Assembly (NCBI GenBank): GCA_038087875.1
Contig: CM075993.1
Coordinates: forward strand, 9,054,001-9,118,000
Direction: 5' to 3'
DNA: 64,000 nt
From: Malacoraja senta
Taxonomy: Eukaryota
The notes beneath the pieces were generated by a model. That model did no database searches, was not told where the DNA came from, and saw only the letters and a list, made by a program, of their open reading frames with translations. The position numbers and the translations under genes were made by a program. Of the stretch, positions 24,522 to 35,422 are shown piece after piece. Every line of letters begins with the position of its first letter. The first letter of the stretch is position 1.

Positions 24522-25900
24522 ATGGAAAAAGGGCATAGGGGAAGGAGAGGCCAGGGACGCACCGCAGGTAAAACCCCAGATTCTAAGGGTAGCGGGCGTC
24601 AGGTAGAGGAGTCAGTGGCATCGAAGCCATTAACTCCCGTTGCGGTCGAATGTGCCGTTAAACCGCCGGCGGCGGGGCGCAAGGGAAATAAGTCGGCCCA
24701 ACCTGTAGACTCGGATGAGTCAGACCCGGAGGTATACCCTCCTGAAGCAGAAAATGTTATGGCTGCAAGGGTCGCTAGCTTAGAGCTCCTGAGGGGGAAA
24801 TGATTTACAAAGAACCCCCACAGGAGGATTTAGGTTGGTGTTGGCCAAAGGAGGATATAGCACAGGGTGTGCCTTGGATGGGACAGGCACAAGGGTGGCC
24901 TACAGGAGAGCCATCAGAAATGCCCGTGCAAAGCTATTACAGTGGTAAATGCCTGCAAAAAGGCAATATATGTGCTGGCCTACAGGAGAGCCAGTACCAG
25001 AAATGTCTGAGCAAAGACAGTACAAATGTACATATGTGCCAGCACCGACAATTTCAAAAGAAAAAATTATGAAGCGTTGGCCTAGAGTTGAGCCAGCGCC
25101 AGCAGCACCTGAAACAGGGCTGCCTATCCGTGGGCCTACAAGAGAGCCCGCGCAGGGGGAATCTGGCAGAGACTTACCTGAAACAGGGGAGCCAGAAATT
25201 ACCCAACATAAAGATGAATATCTAGATTCAGATGATGATTTATATGAGGACCAGAGCCCATTATCAGAGCTAAAATGTTCCAAGGCTGGCACAAAAGTTT
25301 GCTGTTCCCAGAGTAACAGGGGAACCTTTGAGAGAGGAAATAGCTATGACTATAAATTATCTACTCTCCCATCAGCCCCAGGAATTAACTATGGATGAGA
25401 CTATCAAGAAGTATGAGACCCCGGAAAATTGTGAATTGCTAGCAGTTCCAGCAGTGAATAACTGGATATGGGTTATTTGAGCAGTGGTTTACGCTCACAA
25501 GAATTGAAATTACAACGAGTGCTGAAAATTGCTGGGGTCAGGCATTATGGCATTGCCAGTGGTATTGGATGAAGATTTTATATCGGATTCACAACAAAAT
25601 ACCTTAGCACTCTTGTGTAGTGCGCACTTTGAAATAAATTGTATTCATAAAAACACAATAAGACCAAATATTCATCCTAAGTATGCAGGCTCTGCAAACT
25701 ATCCAATATACAAATGCCTAAATCTGCTTTTTGGAGAAAATCTAGCAAAGAAGCTAAAGGATCACCTATGCTGAGCAGAGCGAAGGCAGTATCCCTAAAG
25801 GCGAAATGCTGGTGCTGGAGAAGGAACAAGCCTATCATTCTCGTATACACGTTGACGTGCTGCACCGAGGATACGTGGAGGTTACAATGTGCCTACTAGA
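24522..25900 (+). pseudogene. DIRS gag-like ORF, disrupted
   Basis: Frameshifted low-complexity ORFs (24450-24803, 24800-25072, 24949-25398) followed by a KYETPENCELLAVPAVN...W segment of the kind seen in DIRS ORF1; positioned upstream of RT. Confidence 0.6.
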
Positions 25901-25974
25901 AGGGGACAACAATTGCCGGTGGCAAACCCCGAGGTAGGGGGGCTTGTTCTGGTAAGAAACACAACAAATGTTTC

Positions 25975-27420
25975 ACACCCACAAATAGGGGGAAGGTTAC
26001 GATTCTTCCTAAAAGAATGGCAATCAATAACAAATGATTCGTTTATTCTATGTAGCATTGTATGATTCAAAATTGAGTTCTCTCCACGTTTGGATCCTCC
26101 AAATCAGCATAATTCAAACTGGTCACGGAATTTCTCAAAGGAAGAGAATAAGTTGATCAAGGGAGAATTGAAAATGTTATGCGGAAAAGGGGTAATAGAA
26201 AGGTCAGTAGAACAACACCATCAGTTTGTGTCAAATATTTTTCCCAGAACAAAAAAGGATGGTGGATGTAGAATCCTTTCGGATCTGACAAATCTTAACT
26301 TTTATGTACAATAGAAACATTCCAAAATGGAAACATTTACTAAATGCCATTCAGCTGGTCACAAAGAATTGCTACATGGCAAGCACAGATCCGCAAAATG
26401 CATATTATTCTGTGGCAATGCATGGTAATGATCAAAGATATTTGAAATTTAGATGGATGTCAGTTATGGCAATTTAAAGCATTGCCCAATGGCCTGACTT
26501 CAGCACCATGATTATTCACTAAATTACTCAAACCAATTTTAGCTCTGCTAAGAGCTGAGGGCCATGTATTAGTGGTTTATTTAGAGGATATTCTGATTGT
26601 GCGGGACACTTTGGCTACTGCAAAATTGTCAGTATCTAGAGTCAAATACATTTTGAAAATGTATTTTTTTTATCAAAATTGTTACCAAGCAAGAATTATT
26701 GATTAGCCAGGGTTCACAATTAACTGAACGCATGGTAATCACCTTGCCAAAAGAGAAGGCTGCAGTTAATTGAAGATTGCACTAAACTCATAAACGAGGA
26801 CAAGCCTTCAATTAGAGAAGTGGCAAGCTTGCTGGCCAAATTAATTGCTGAGTTTCTAGCTGTCATGTTTGGACCATTGCATTATCAATGTTTACAGAGG
26901 GCTAAGGTACAAGCATTAAAAATGAATACAGGGCATTTTGACAGGCCCATGAAATTAACAATTGGATCCATTACAGAAATAGAATGGTGGATTAACAATG
27001 TCTCTAATGCTTCCAGAAAAGTTCTGGTAGAAACTCCTTCCGTCATTCTACAGACTGATGTAAGTGCTCTTGGATGGGCGCAACTAACATGATTTCCAGC
27101 TGTGGAGGTAGGTGGAATGTCGATGAAGTACCTTTGCTTGAAAATTAAGGAATAAATTACCTAGAGCTGTTAGGAGCATTTCATGGCCTTAAAGCTTATT
27201 GCACTAATATGGGAAATGTGCATGTTCAGGTACAGGTTGACAATACTACAGCTGTAGCATACATAAATCACATGGGTGGTATCAAATCAGAATCATGTGA
27301 TAGATTGGCAAATGAAATTTGGGACTGATGTATTGCCAGGAAAATTTGGCTGTCAGCAATATATTTACCAGGAAAATTTAACATAATTGTAGACAAAAGA
27401 TCACATAAAATTAATGATAA
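25975..27420 (+). pseudogene. DIRS reverse transcriptase / RNase H pseudogene
   Basis: IGGRLRFFLKEW, FVSNIFPRTKKDGGCRILSDL, LPNGLTSAP, YLED at 26578-89 (YLDD mutated), TDVSALGW, INYLELLGA, VQVDNTTAVAYINHMGG. Stops at 26312, 26509, 27146 and 27326 plus frameshifts. Confidence 0.9.
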
Positions 27421-27830
27421 TACAGAATAGATGTTAAATCAGGAAATATTTACACAAATTGTAACACAATTTGGAATGCCAGAGATTGATTGATTGCATC
27501 AAGACTAAACCACCAATTGCCTAAGTATGTGTCATGCGAACCTGATCCTGGTGCAGTAGCGGTGGATGTTTTCTCGCTACATTGGGGTGGTATGTTTCTG
27601 TATGCATTTCCACCATTTTGTTTAATCAACAGATGCATACAGAAAATTAAACAAGACTCAGCCTCAGGGATTTTGGTAGTACCAGATTGGCCTACATAGC
27701 TATGGTACCCACTGGTGTTAAAAATGATCAAAAAAAACCTTATGATTATTCCAAAGCAGATAAAACTGCTTGTACACCCTGCAACTGATGAACCACATCC
27801 TTTACATGATCGTATTGGTTTGTTGATTTG
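27421..27830 (+). pseudogene. DIRS DNA N6-adenine methyltransferase-like domain, disrupted
   Basis: PEID/xASRLN (DLFAS-like motif, frameshifted) and YAFPPF at 27601-27618 (NPPF/DPPY-like). Stops at 27428 and 27697. Confidence 0.8.
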
Positions 27831-28823
27831 CAGATTCTAAGAAGGCCATATCTTGGAAAAGGATTATCAGATCGTATGGTGGATGTTATGACAGCAGCCT
27901 GGAGGAATAGTACCCAGAAGCAGTACATTTCCTATATAAAGAAATGGGAGGTGTTTTGTTCAGGAAAGAATATTGCATATAACACAGCAGAAATTTCAGA
28001 TGTAATAGAGTTTCTTTCAACTCTATACTACGAATTAAAATTAAGTTTTAGTGCAATCAATACTTCACGAAGTGCACTCTCTGCATATTTAAGCAGTGAA
28101 TCAGAACAAAATCCAATAGGATCACATCCTTGGGTCTGTAGGTTTATGAAAAGAATTTTCAACTCCAATCCTCCTAGACCTAGGTATACAGAAATCTGGA
28201 ATGTAAAAGATGTACTGATGCTGCTGAGGGATTGGAATCCTATTGAAACTCTGTCATTAGCCAATATCACCATGAAATTGGTTATGCTCATGGCATTAGT
28301 TTCAGCTCAGAGAGTTCAAACATTACAGAAACTAACAATTGACAGAATGAAAATAGGGGCGAATGCCGTTACATTCTATGTCTATGATTTACTGAAGCAA
28401 AGTAGACCTGGGTTCACGGGATGTAAGTTGGAGTTGTCAGCATATCCTACAGATCCACGGCTATGTGTAGTAACATATGTAAAATGTTACATAGAAACAA
28501 CAAGAATCTTAAGAGGCACACAATTGGCATTTTTTATTAGTCATAAAAAGCCTCATAAGAAAGGGTCAACACAGACAATTTCAAGATGGTTGAAACAGGT
28601 GTTGATTTATTCAGGTATTGATACTGATAAATTTAGATCTCATTCCCCCAGGGCGGCATCAACATCGGCGGCCAGGGATTCAGACGTGCCAATAGATCTT
28701 ATCCTCGCGGCCGCAGGATGGGCAAGTGAACAGATGTTTCACAAGTATTACCATAAGGAGATTAAAGATCTCGGGGTGTTTGATGATGCCGTGGTGGATT
28801 CAGTATTAAATCCCCCATTATAA
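27828..28823 (+). CDS. DIRS tyrosine recombinase (phage-integrase family), open ORF; first ATG at 27876
   Basis: 331 open codons. Catalytic set R (SAQRVQ), K (LLKQS), HxxR (HSPR), W (AAGW), Y (FHKYY). N-terminal region STQKQY...W..FC typical of the integrase core-binding domain. Confidence 0.9.
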   Translation: MQILRRPYLGKGLSDRMVDVMTAAWRNSTQKQYISYIKKWEVFCSGKNIAYNTAEISDVIEFLSTLYYELKLSFSAINTSRSALSAYLSSESEQNPIGSHPWVCRFMKRIFNSNPPRPRYTEIWNVKDVLMLLRDWNPIETLSLANITMKLVMLMALVSAQRVQTLQKLTIDRMKIGANAVTFYVYDLLKQSRPGFTGCKLELSAYPTDPRLCVVTYVKCYIETTRILRGTQLAFFISHKKPHKKGSTQTISRWLKQVLIYSGIDTDKFRSHSPRAASTSAARDSDVPIDLILAAAGWASEQMFHKYYHKEIKDLGVFDDAVVDSVLNPPL

Positions 28824-29538
28824 TAAATGGGCCTAATTTTGTTACTTTTGTTAAAATAAATAAAACCATTAACTGATTACATTTAATGTTGTGGTTATGC
28901 ATTGTTGATTGTGCTTACTCAGAGTCAATCAGTGCAGTGAGCACCTGGATTTTAATCCACGATGTGAAATCACAGAGCTTTGAAATCTTCACGTAGTCAC
29001 TCACGTGACTCCGAAGTAAAATAGTAAGATTAAACGAGAACTTACCAGTTTGAAGTTTGATCTTTATTTTATGAGGAGTAACGTTGAGGGATTACGTGCC
29101 CTCCGCTCCCACCCTCATAAAAGGATCAAGCTGGTAGTTCTAAGTCTTTATGCATCTTACTATCATACTTCAGTAATTATCGTCTGTGATTGTCACTCCG
29201 CTGCTTTGAAAGATTGACGCGTGTGCGGCTGGACGGGGTCTTCTTCACGTAATCCCTCAACGTTACTCCTCATAAAATAAAGATCAAACTTCAAACTGGT
29301 AAATTCTCGTTTAATCTTACTATGTATCATCATCTTCTCCATAAAGAAAACTTTTGACTCACCAACTCGTAACAGCTTGGTGAATCCATTGGTATTAAAT
29401 GTCGACATTGAAAAGTTCCATTTGCTCTTTCTAAAGCATAAAACAAGCTGGTATTAGAAACCGCAAAACTGAAAATCATTAAAATTCACTCTTTATATTG
29501 TTTAGTTAAATGTTTCATGATTTTAATTTGTCCAACAG

Positions 29539-29770
29539 ATGAAAATGAATGCATAAATTCTCAGGTTTGTGGAGGAGCTTCATGCCATAATACATTGGGA
29601 AGCTTCAAGTGCCTATGTCCATCAGGATTCTCCTTTGAGCAGATGTCTGGGTCTTGTCATGACGTAAACGAGTGTTCGTCTTCCAAAAATCCATGCAACT
29701 ATGGCTGCTCAAACACTGATGGTGGTTACTCATGTGGCTGCCCACCCGGATATTATAGAGTTGGCCAAGG
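29539..29770 (+). CDS. fbn1: Fibrillin-1 exon, last two cbEGF domains ([25 protein letters not shown]...GYYRVGQG)
   Basis: tccaacAG acceptor, CAA GG|gtaaga donor, 232 bp. Corresponds to ORF 29517-29774. Confidence 0.96.
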
Positions 29771-31191
29771 GTAAGAACCAGTTAGAATAATAAAATTAGT
29801 TACGTTTAATAAGCAAATAACTCTTTGACTGTCTTCACATAATTTGCAAGCCTTGCAAAATACAAGTCTAACCCAATGGTTCATAAACTATGGGTCATGA
29901 ACCAAAGTAGGCTGCAAAGATCTTTCTGCTGTGTCATGAATTTAGAGCCTTTTGCAACAATTGGCCACCATCATGTGTCGAGAAGGATTCTATCTGTATC
30001 TACTTACTATGTTTGCTGCTTGCAGCACACCCGAGGGCCATGGCCTACAAAAGCTAAGCAGCAATGCAAGGCAAAAAGAGATCCTCAGAGGTTTTTCTGC
30101 GGGATAGCTTGGAGAACTCTGCCCTAAGCAACATACCTCAGCTGGCATAGCTATCACCATACCAGGAAAGAAGGAGTAATCAAATCTGCAAGGGAAAGGA
30201 AAAGAGGAGATAGAGTGAGATATCTGGTGGGTAGGCAATGGGCAGAAGGAAAGCAGGAAGGAGATTGGATAGGGGAGGCCGAGAGCAATTGTCTTAAGGA
30301 AAAGGAGAGCTAAAATAAGGGCAAGAGCATGCTTGTGTGCCAACTGTATGCAAGTGGTCAAAGTGCATCTGCATGCAGAAACATGTACATATTTACTGCC
30401 ACCCTGATACCATCGATTACCTTATAGAATTTTATTGATCTAACGTTTGTTTTATTTCAAGTTTCCATAGTCCAACATTTCTCAATCCTCTACCCACGGA
30501 CATGCGATATTTGGTTCTTATGAATACAATGTTCTCACATACAAAATTGAATTGTAAATGTACTAACATCAGCGATTAAATCCAGAAATATGTGAAATGT
30601 CAAAAAAAAAATCAAATTAATGGTAAATCGAATTAACACTAATTAAATAATTAAAACTCCGAAAGACAACTGGTGAACATTGTAAGTTATCAGGAACAGA
30701 TTGAGAAATCATCTGTCAATTTTAGAAAATGCACTGGGTCACTGTTTTTTAGGTCCTAACATCAAAAAGTTTAGGAACCCAATGCTGCAAATAATTGCAA
30801 ATTATGCTATTATTTTACAGATGATTACTCAGCAATTAGTTGTAAAATTAGTGCTTGCCATTTGGAAGCAAATTCTTGATGTGCTTTCCTCTTTTACAAA
30901 GAAAATATGCATACATTTGGAAAATGTGAGCTTCTATATCCATAATTGCAGTTTCTATGTGATATATTTTCATCTTCACATTAAAACTGGGAAAATAAGT
31001 AAGCTCCCCTCTGGAAACACAGCTTGGTCTTCAATTTATTGATTTCAATAACAATTAAAATGGGACAGACTGCATGGCAGGCAGCCCAAATTTGTGTTGG
31101 ATTACCACCCAAGTTGAAAGACAAGAATCTAACATGCTTTTTAATTTTTGCAGCAGACTCTAAACTCATATTTTAACGTTCTTTACACTAG

Positions 31192-31369
31192 GCACTGTGT
31201 TTCGGGAGTAGGATTCGGCAACGGTTATATGCTCCCAATAGGAGGTGACACAGAAGACAATAGTCTATCACCTGAGGTGTGTTATGAATGCAAAATTAAT
31301 GGCTACCCGAAAGGAAGAAATCGAAGAGCAACAAACGAAAAAGGAACCATAACTTCAAATGATACAGAG
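31192..31369 (+). CDS. fbn1: Fibrillin-1 penultimate exon (HCVSGVGFG...SLSPEVCYECKINGYPKGRNRRATNEK...DTE) containing the furin site
   Basis: ctttacactAG acceptor, GAG|gtaatt donor, 178 bp. Conserved CYECKINGYP motif followed by RNRR. Confidence 0.95.
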
Positions 31370-31539
31370 GTAATTGAGAGCTGTTTTTATCAGTACACAG
31401 AAAGAAAGGACAAAAGGACACTGAATGATTCATTCAATGGATAAGGAAAATTAATAGTTGTTATATAAATGGGTATTGAAAACAAAAACTGAAGTGAGAA
31501 CATTGCAGAAAATGCCTCATAAATGAAAGCTGTCCCATT

Positions 31540-31900
31540 TAGACAGGCATAGGCTGACTCTTCACAAGCAGTCCCTGTTTTTCCAAGGGAACATATATCT
31601 TGTCTTGCTGAATCTTCAATAACTTCTCTCCCATTGATACAACTACCAGCCTGTAGCTTCTAGACTTATCCCAAAGCAAGGGGACCATATTTGCTATCCT
31701 CCAGTCTTCTGGAAGATCACCCGAGGCTAATGAAGATGCAAAAATCTCCACGAGAACCCCCCAATCTCCCTTGCTTTCCTTAGCATTCCAGGTCAGACCT
31801 TGTCAGGGTCTGTGATATATCTAGCCTAATGTACTCCTGTATTTCTTGCACTTCCTTGTTCCTGATACAGATATCCAGAATATCAGCATACCCCTATCTT
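31540..31900 (-). mobile_element. Degenerate CR1 RT fragment
   Basis: IFASSLASGDLPEDWRIANMVPL motif. Confidence 0.7.
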
Positions 31901-33585
31901 AACTCTCCAGTTTCCACTAAAAGAATGTTAAAATAGTAACTATTGTTTAGACTAAGTTAAAAAACATTTTACTTTCATTTATATTTATGACTTTTCAGGG
32001 TATTTTTGACTTTTTTTGGCTAGGCTGCCTGATAACTATCAATGCCACAACACAAGTAAAATTCATGGTAGTGGAATAGAAGAACATGTTTGCACCACCT
32101 GATCAGACTTTTAGCATTATATCACTGAGCAGCCTTCTCAGGCATCTGAGGGAGCTGGAAGTAGGAGTGTGTTGCCTGCACAAAGCGGTACAATAAGCAT
32201 TAGAAAAGAAAACGGAGATCAATTAAGATATACAGTAACTTTGTCATGCAGTTGCAGGATATTTTGATTATCAAGTTAATTAGTTCCATTTTTTATTATA
32301 TGTAATACATTTATAAATTATTTTACATATTTAATGGAGGTGATTCCCTGTCAGATTTATATATTAATTTTCCTTTCCATTGTCTTCTGAAAAGTGCACT
32401 AAAATCTTTAAGGGAACTCTCTACGCAGACTAATTCTACTCTACGCAGACTAATTCTACTTTCAGCGCAGGGACCAAAATGCCACAAATAAAACACCAAT
32501 AAAGAGACATCGTTTGTTTTCAGACACACAATTCAACACAAAAATTATGTGTTCCAATTATATTTGCAAATTTTATTCACACAGGCTTAAAATATCAAAA
32601 TGATAAAGAGCACAATTTTTGAATGGGTAGGGCAACACACCATAATCAACCAATCCAATTATTTATTGCAGTTGAAATTATAGGAAATTAGGCATCTCCC
32701 ATTGGTAGTTTGTGGTCCTCCACACATTTTCTTTCCCCTTAGAATCAATAATTTACACTAGGTCCATGAGGAAACTCTTCTCTGTGATCTTTCTCTTCCT
32801 CATGACATGAACTAAAATTCAATGTGTTGTGAGTTTTTTTGTTCATTTGCTTACAGGAGGTGGGCATAGATGTGGATGAGTCTGGAATTATATGTAGGCC
32901 ACACTGGGCAAGAAAAACAGATTTCCTTCTCTGAAATCTATCTCAAGATAGATTTTCATAACAATTGTTTCATAGTTACTATTAATTATTACTAGTAATT
33001 TAATTCCATATTTATTCGACTTCTCCAACAATGGATTCCCCAGTCTCCATCTGGAGGGTTCAGACCTATGAGTTGTATGACAACAAAACGTTGCAGAAGT
33101 TAAAAATCTGAAATAAAAACTGAAATATTTATCAGATCTTTTATTTCTAATCATGTCCTGTATCTCACAGTTTCAGAATTATTTTTTCACTCTCTACTTT
33201 GCCATCTATTTAAATTTACTCCACACAGATTTGCTTCTATTAACAAGCCTTCGCCATTCTCTGTCAACTGGTATTGGCTTATGTCATCCATTTGTTGGTC
33301 TTCATCTATTCACACTTTCTCTGTTCACTACCCCCCCCCCCCCTCCTTCCGACAACTCAAAGCATGCGTGTTTTTTATGACTTTTCCTTGTTCTGATAAA
33401 ATGACCATCATCATGAATCAAAGTGTTTCTCTCTTCATGGAGATATGCAATGTATTTCCATTTTCATAAATGTTTTCCATGTTTATTCCACACTGTAAGT
33501 AGGAAGGAAGTGTTGAAGTAGTGTGCAGTTGGTTAATTTGATGCTTCACTCAACCAAATTTATTTCTCAACTCTTTTGTTTTCAG

Positions 33586-33975
33586 GAGAAAAATGAAGCC
33601 ACTTTGCCAATGAGCTTTGCAAGTTTGAGCACAGAAAATCAGCTTATCTTCAATTTAAATATTTCTGATCTCAGCAGTAAAGACCATATCCTACAGTTTA
33701 TCCCAGCAATTTCTACATTGACAAATCATGTACGTTACTTGATTGGCGGTGGTAATGAGAAAGGTTTCTTCAAAATTAATCAAAAAGATGGTACAAGTTA
33801 TCTGCATTTGACCAAGAAGAAGCCAGAATCAGGAGTATACTCATTAGAAATAAGCAGTATTCCCCTTTTTAAAAAGAAGGAACTTGATCGTCTTGAAGAC
33901 AAGTATGATAAAGACTACCTCACTGGTGAGCTTGGTGAAATTCTCCAAGTGAAAATTCAGATTGTGCTTCATTAA
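33586..33975 (+). CDS. fbn1: Fibrillin-1 terminal coding exon (C-terminal propeptide / asprosin-like region, ends ...KIQIVLH*)
   Basis: ttgttttcAG acceptor, 390 nt including the TAA stop. GFFKINQKDGTSYLHLTKKKP and LEDKYDKDYLTGELG match FBN1 better than FBN2/3. Confidence 0.93.
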   Translation, partial: EKNEATLPMSFASLSTENQLIFNLNISDLSSKDHILQFIPAISTLTNHVRYLIGGGNEKGFFKINQKDGTSYLHLTKKKPESGVYSLEISSIPLFKKKELDRLEDKYDKDYLTGELGEILQVKIQIVLH

Positions 33976-35000
33976 TACACAAACAGAAGGTCAAACTGCT
34001 TCAGCCAAAAGATGGATCATTTTATTGCCAAACAGATTCGACATATCATGGATACAATCTCTTATTAACTGTAATATGTCTGAGCACTGCTTACTTCTAA
34101 TGTTAGAAAAGTAAAGTCGTGGATACATACCATAGCTCTAAACCACTTACTCGAGCTTTGTATAAATGCTGCACTGCTATTTCAATATGACTAGCTTCAT
34201 ACGTTGTATAATGATATGTTGAATCTTTTTTAAAAATCACACACACTTGGACCATTCAATCCACTTGTTGGACCACTGATGCTGAGAATTTACAATTTCT
34301 TTTAAGCAGAGCCATAACATTACACTGCAGTAAAGGACACGTCATATTTTTGATCTTTTAAATTTACTTTTCAATTTACATTTCACTAGATCAAACATTT
34401 ATATATGTACTTGGTGCTAGTAACATGTCAACCTAGATTGTGACTGCACTGTAATATTTTACAAACTTGGTAGCCAAAAATGCAATTATTCAGTCTTAAG
34501 TATTACCAGATTTTTTTCCATTACGTTACAAAGAACCAAAGTTAGTTCAGTAGCTTATCTCAGTTATGCATTTTTCACTCATGTAAATTAAGTGTGTGTA
34601 TACTGCAGCCATGCTACTTTTTTATCATGGAAACTTTTGTATACCAGAATTCTAATTTTGTGCGTGTACGTTTGTCTGTCTGTGTCTGTGTGTGTGTGTG
34701 TGTGTTTTCATTCCAACCCTGAGTTAAGGATGTTGTAATGGTGCTTTAAGAACAACTACTTTTGAAAATTAGATGCAATATCCCTTTGTGAGTAATAAAA
34801 TGCACATTGAGGACTTAATGAACAAGAACTAATCAGGTCGTAGGATTAATAGCACTCAAAAGCTAGACAATCAAACTGTCAAACACAGTCTCCTGTAAAA
34901 TGATACGATAGTACCAGTATTTTTATGCAGTTCACCATCAGCAAGTGTTTAGATCTTCAATGTCAGTAATTCCACAATAAAACAGTATTTTCAGTTTTAA
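33976..35000 (+). other. fbn1: fbn1 3' UTR (approximate end)
   Basis: AT-rich, TE-free stretch after the stop codon. AATAAA at 34794-34799 and 34976-34981. (TG)n near 34686-34704. True end not determinable. Confidence 0.6.
34412..34419 (+). promoter_or_regulatory. miR-29 8mer seed site (TGGTGCTA); a second 7mer TGGTGCT lies at 34739-34745
   Basis: Exact seed match in the fbn1 3' UTR. Mammalian FBN1 is an established miR-29 target. Confidence 0.65.
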
Positions 35001-35289
35001 TACCTCAGTGTTAACTGTGATGATTCATGTGGATCAGAACTAATTTTCCTGTCTCTGCATGCCTCTTTTTGATATGCTTCTCATTGATAGCCCATCTTAC
35101 CAGTATCTTTGGGAATGTAATTCCTCCTTTGTGATTTTTCCGGCAGACAGGCCTTTACATGAGTACAGATTTCTGAGCTGGAATAAAGGTGGAGCAAGAA
35201 ACATGTTAAGTTCAAAGAAATGTCTCACACTTTGCCATAGGAATGTCTCTTTGCATTCTTTATTCATTTGTTTCTCACAATCTGCAATG

Positions 35290-35422
35290 AAGCATGACAC
35301 ACAGTGCTGGAGTAACTCAGCTGGTCAGGTAGCATCTTTGGAGATGTTTTAGATTGGGATCCCGAGTTACTTCAGCAATTGAGTCTTTTTTGTAAGCCAG
35401 CATCTGCAATTCCTTGTTTCTG
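35290..35422. mobile_element. Fold-back Penelope terminal-repeat remnant
   Basis: tgctggagtaactcagc arm versus gagttacttcagca arm, ending ccagcatctgcaattccttg. Confidence 0.6.

Larger units (their letters stand above)
24286..29323 (+). mobile_element. DIRS1-like tyrosine-recombinase retrotransposon, structurally complete
   Basis: ITRs 24313-24349 / 29215-29251 (37/37). The ICR 28986-29098 is complementary to the left end (24286-24322, 37/37) and the right end (29246-29323, 77/78). Order gag, RT/RNaseH, MT, YR. No conventional TSD. Confidence 0.95.

Noticed and set aside
27828..28823. Tyrosine recombinase as prophage, bacterial contamination or Crypton
   Set aside because: It lies inside DIRS ITR/ICR architecture downstream of RT/RNaseH/MT, within a vertebrate intron.
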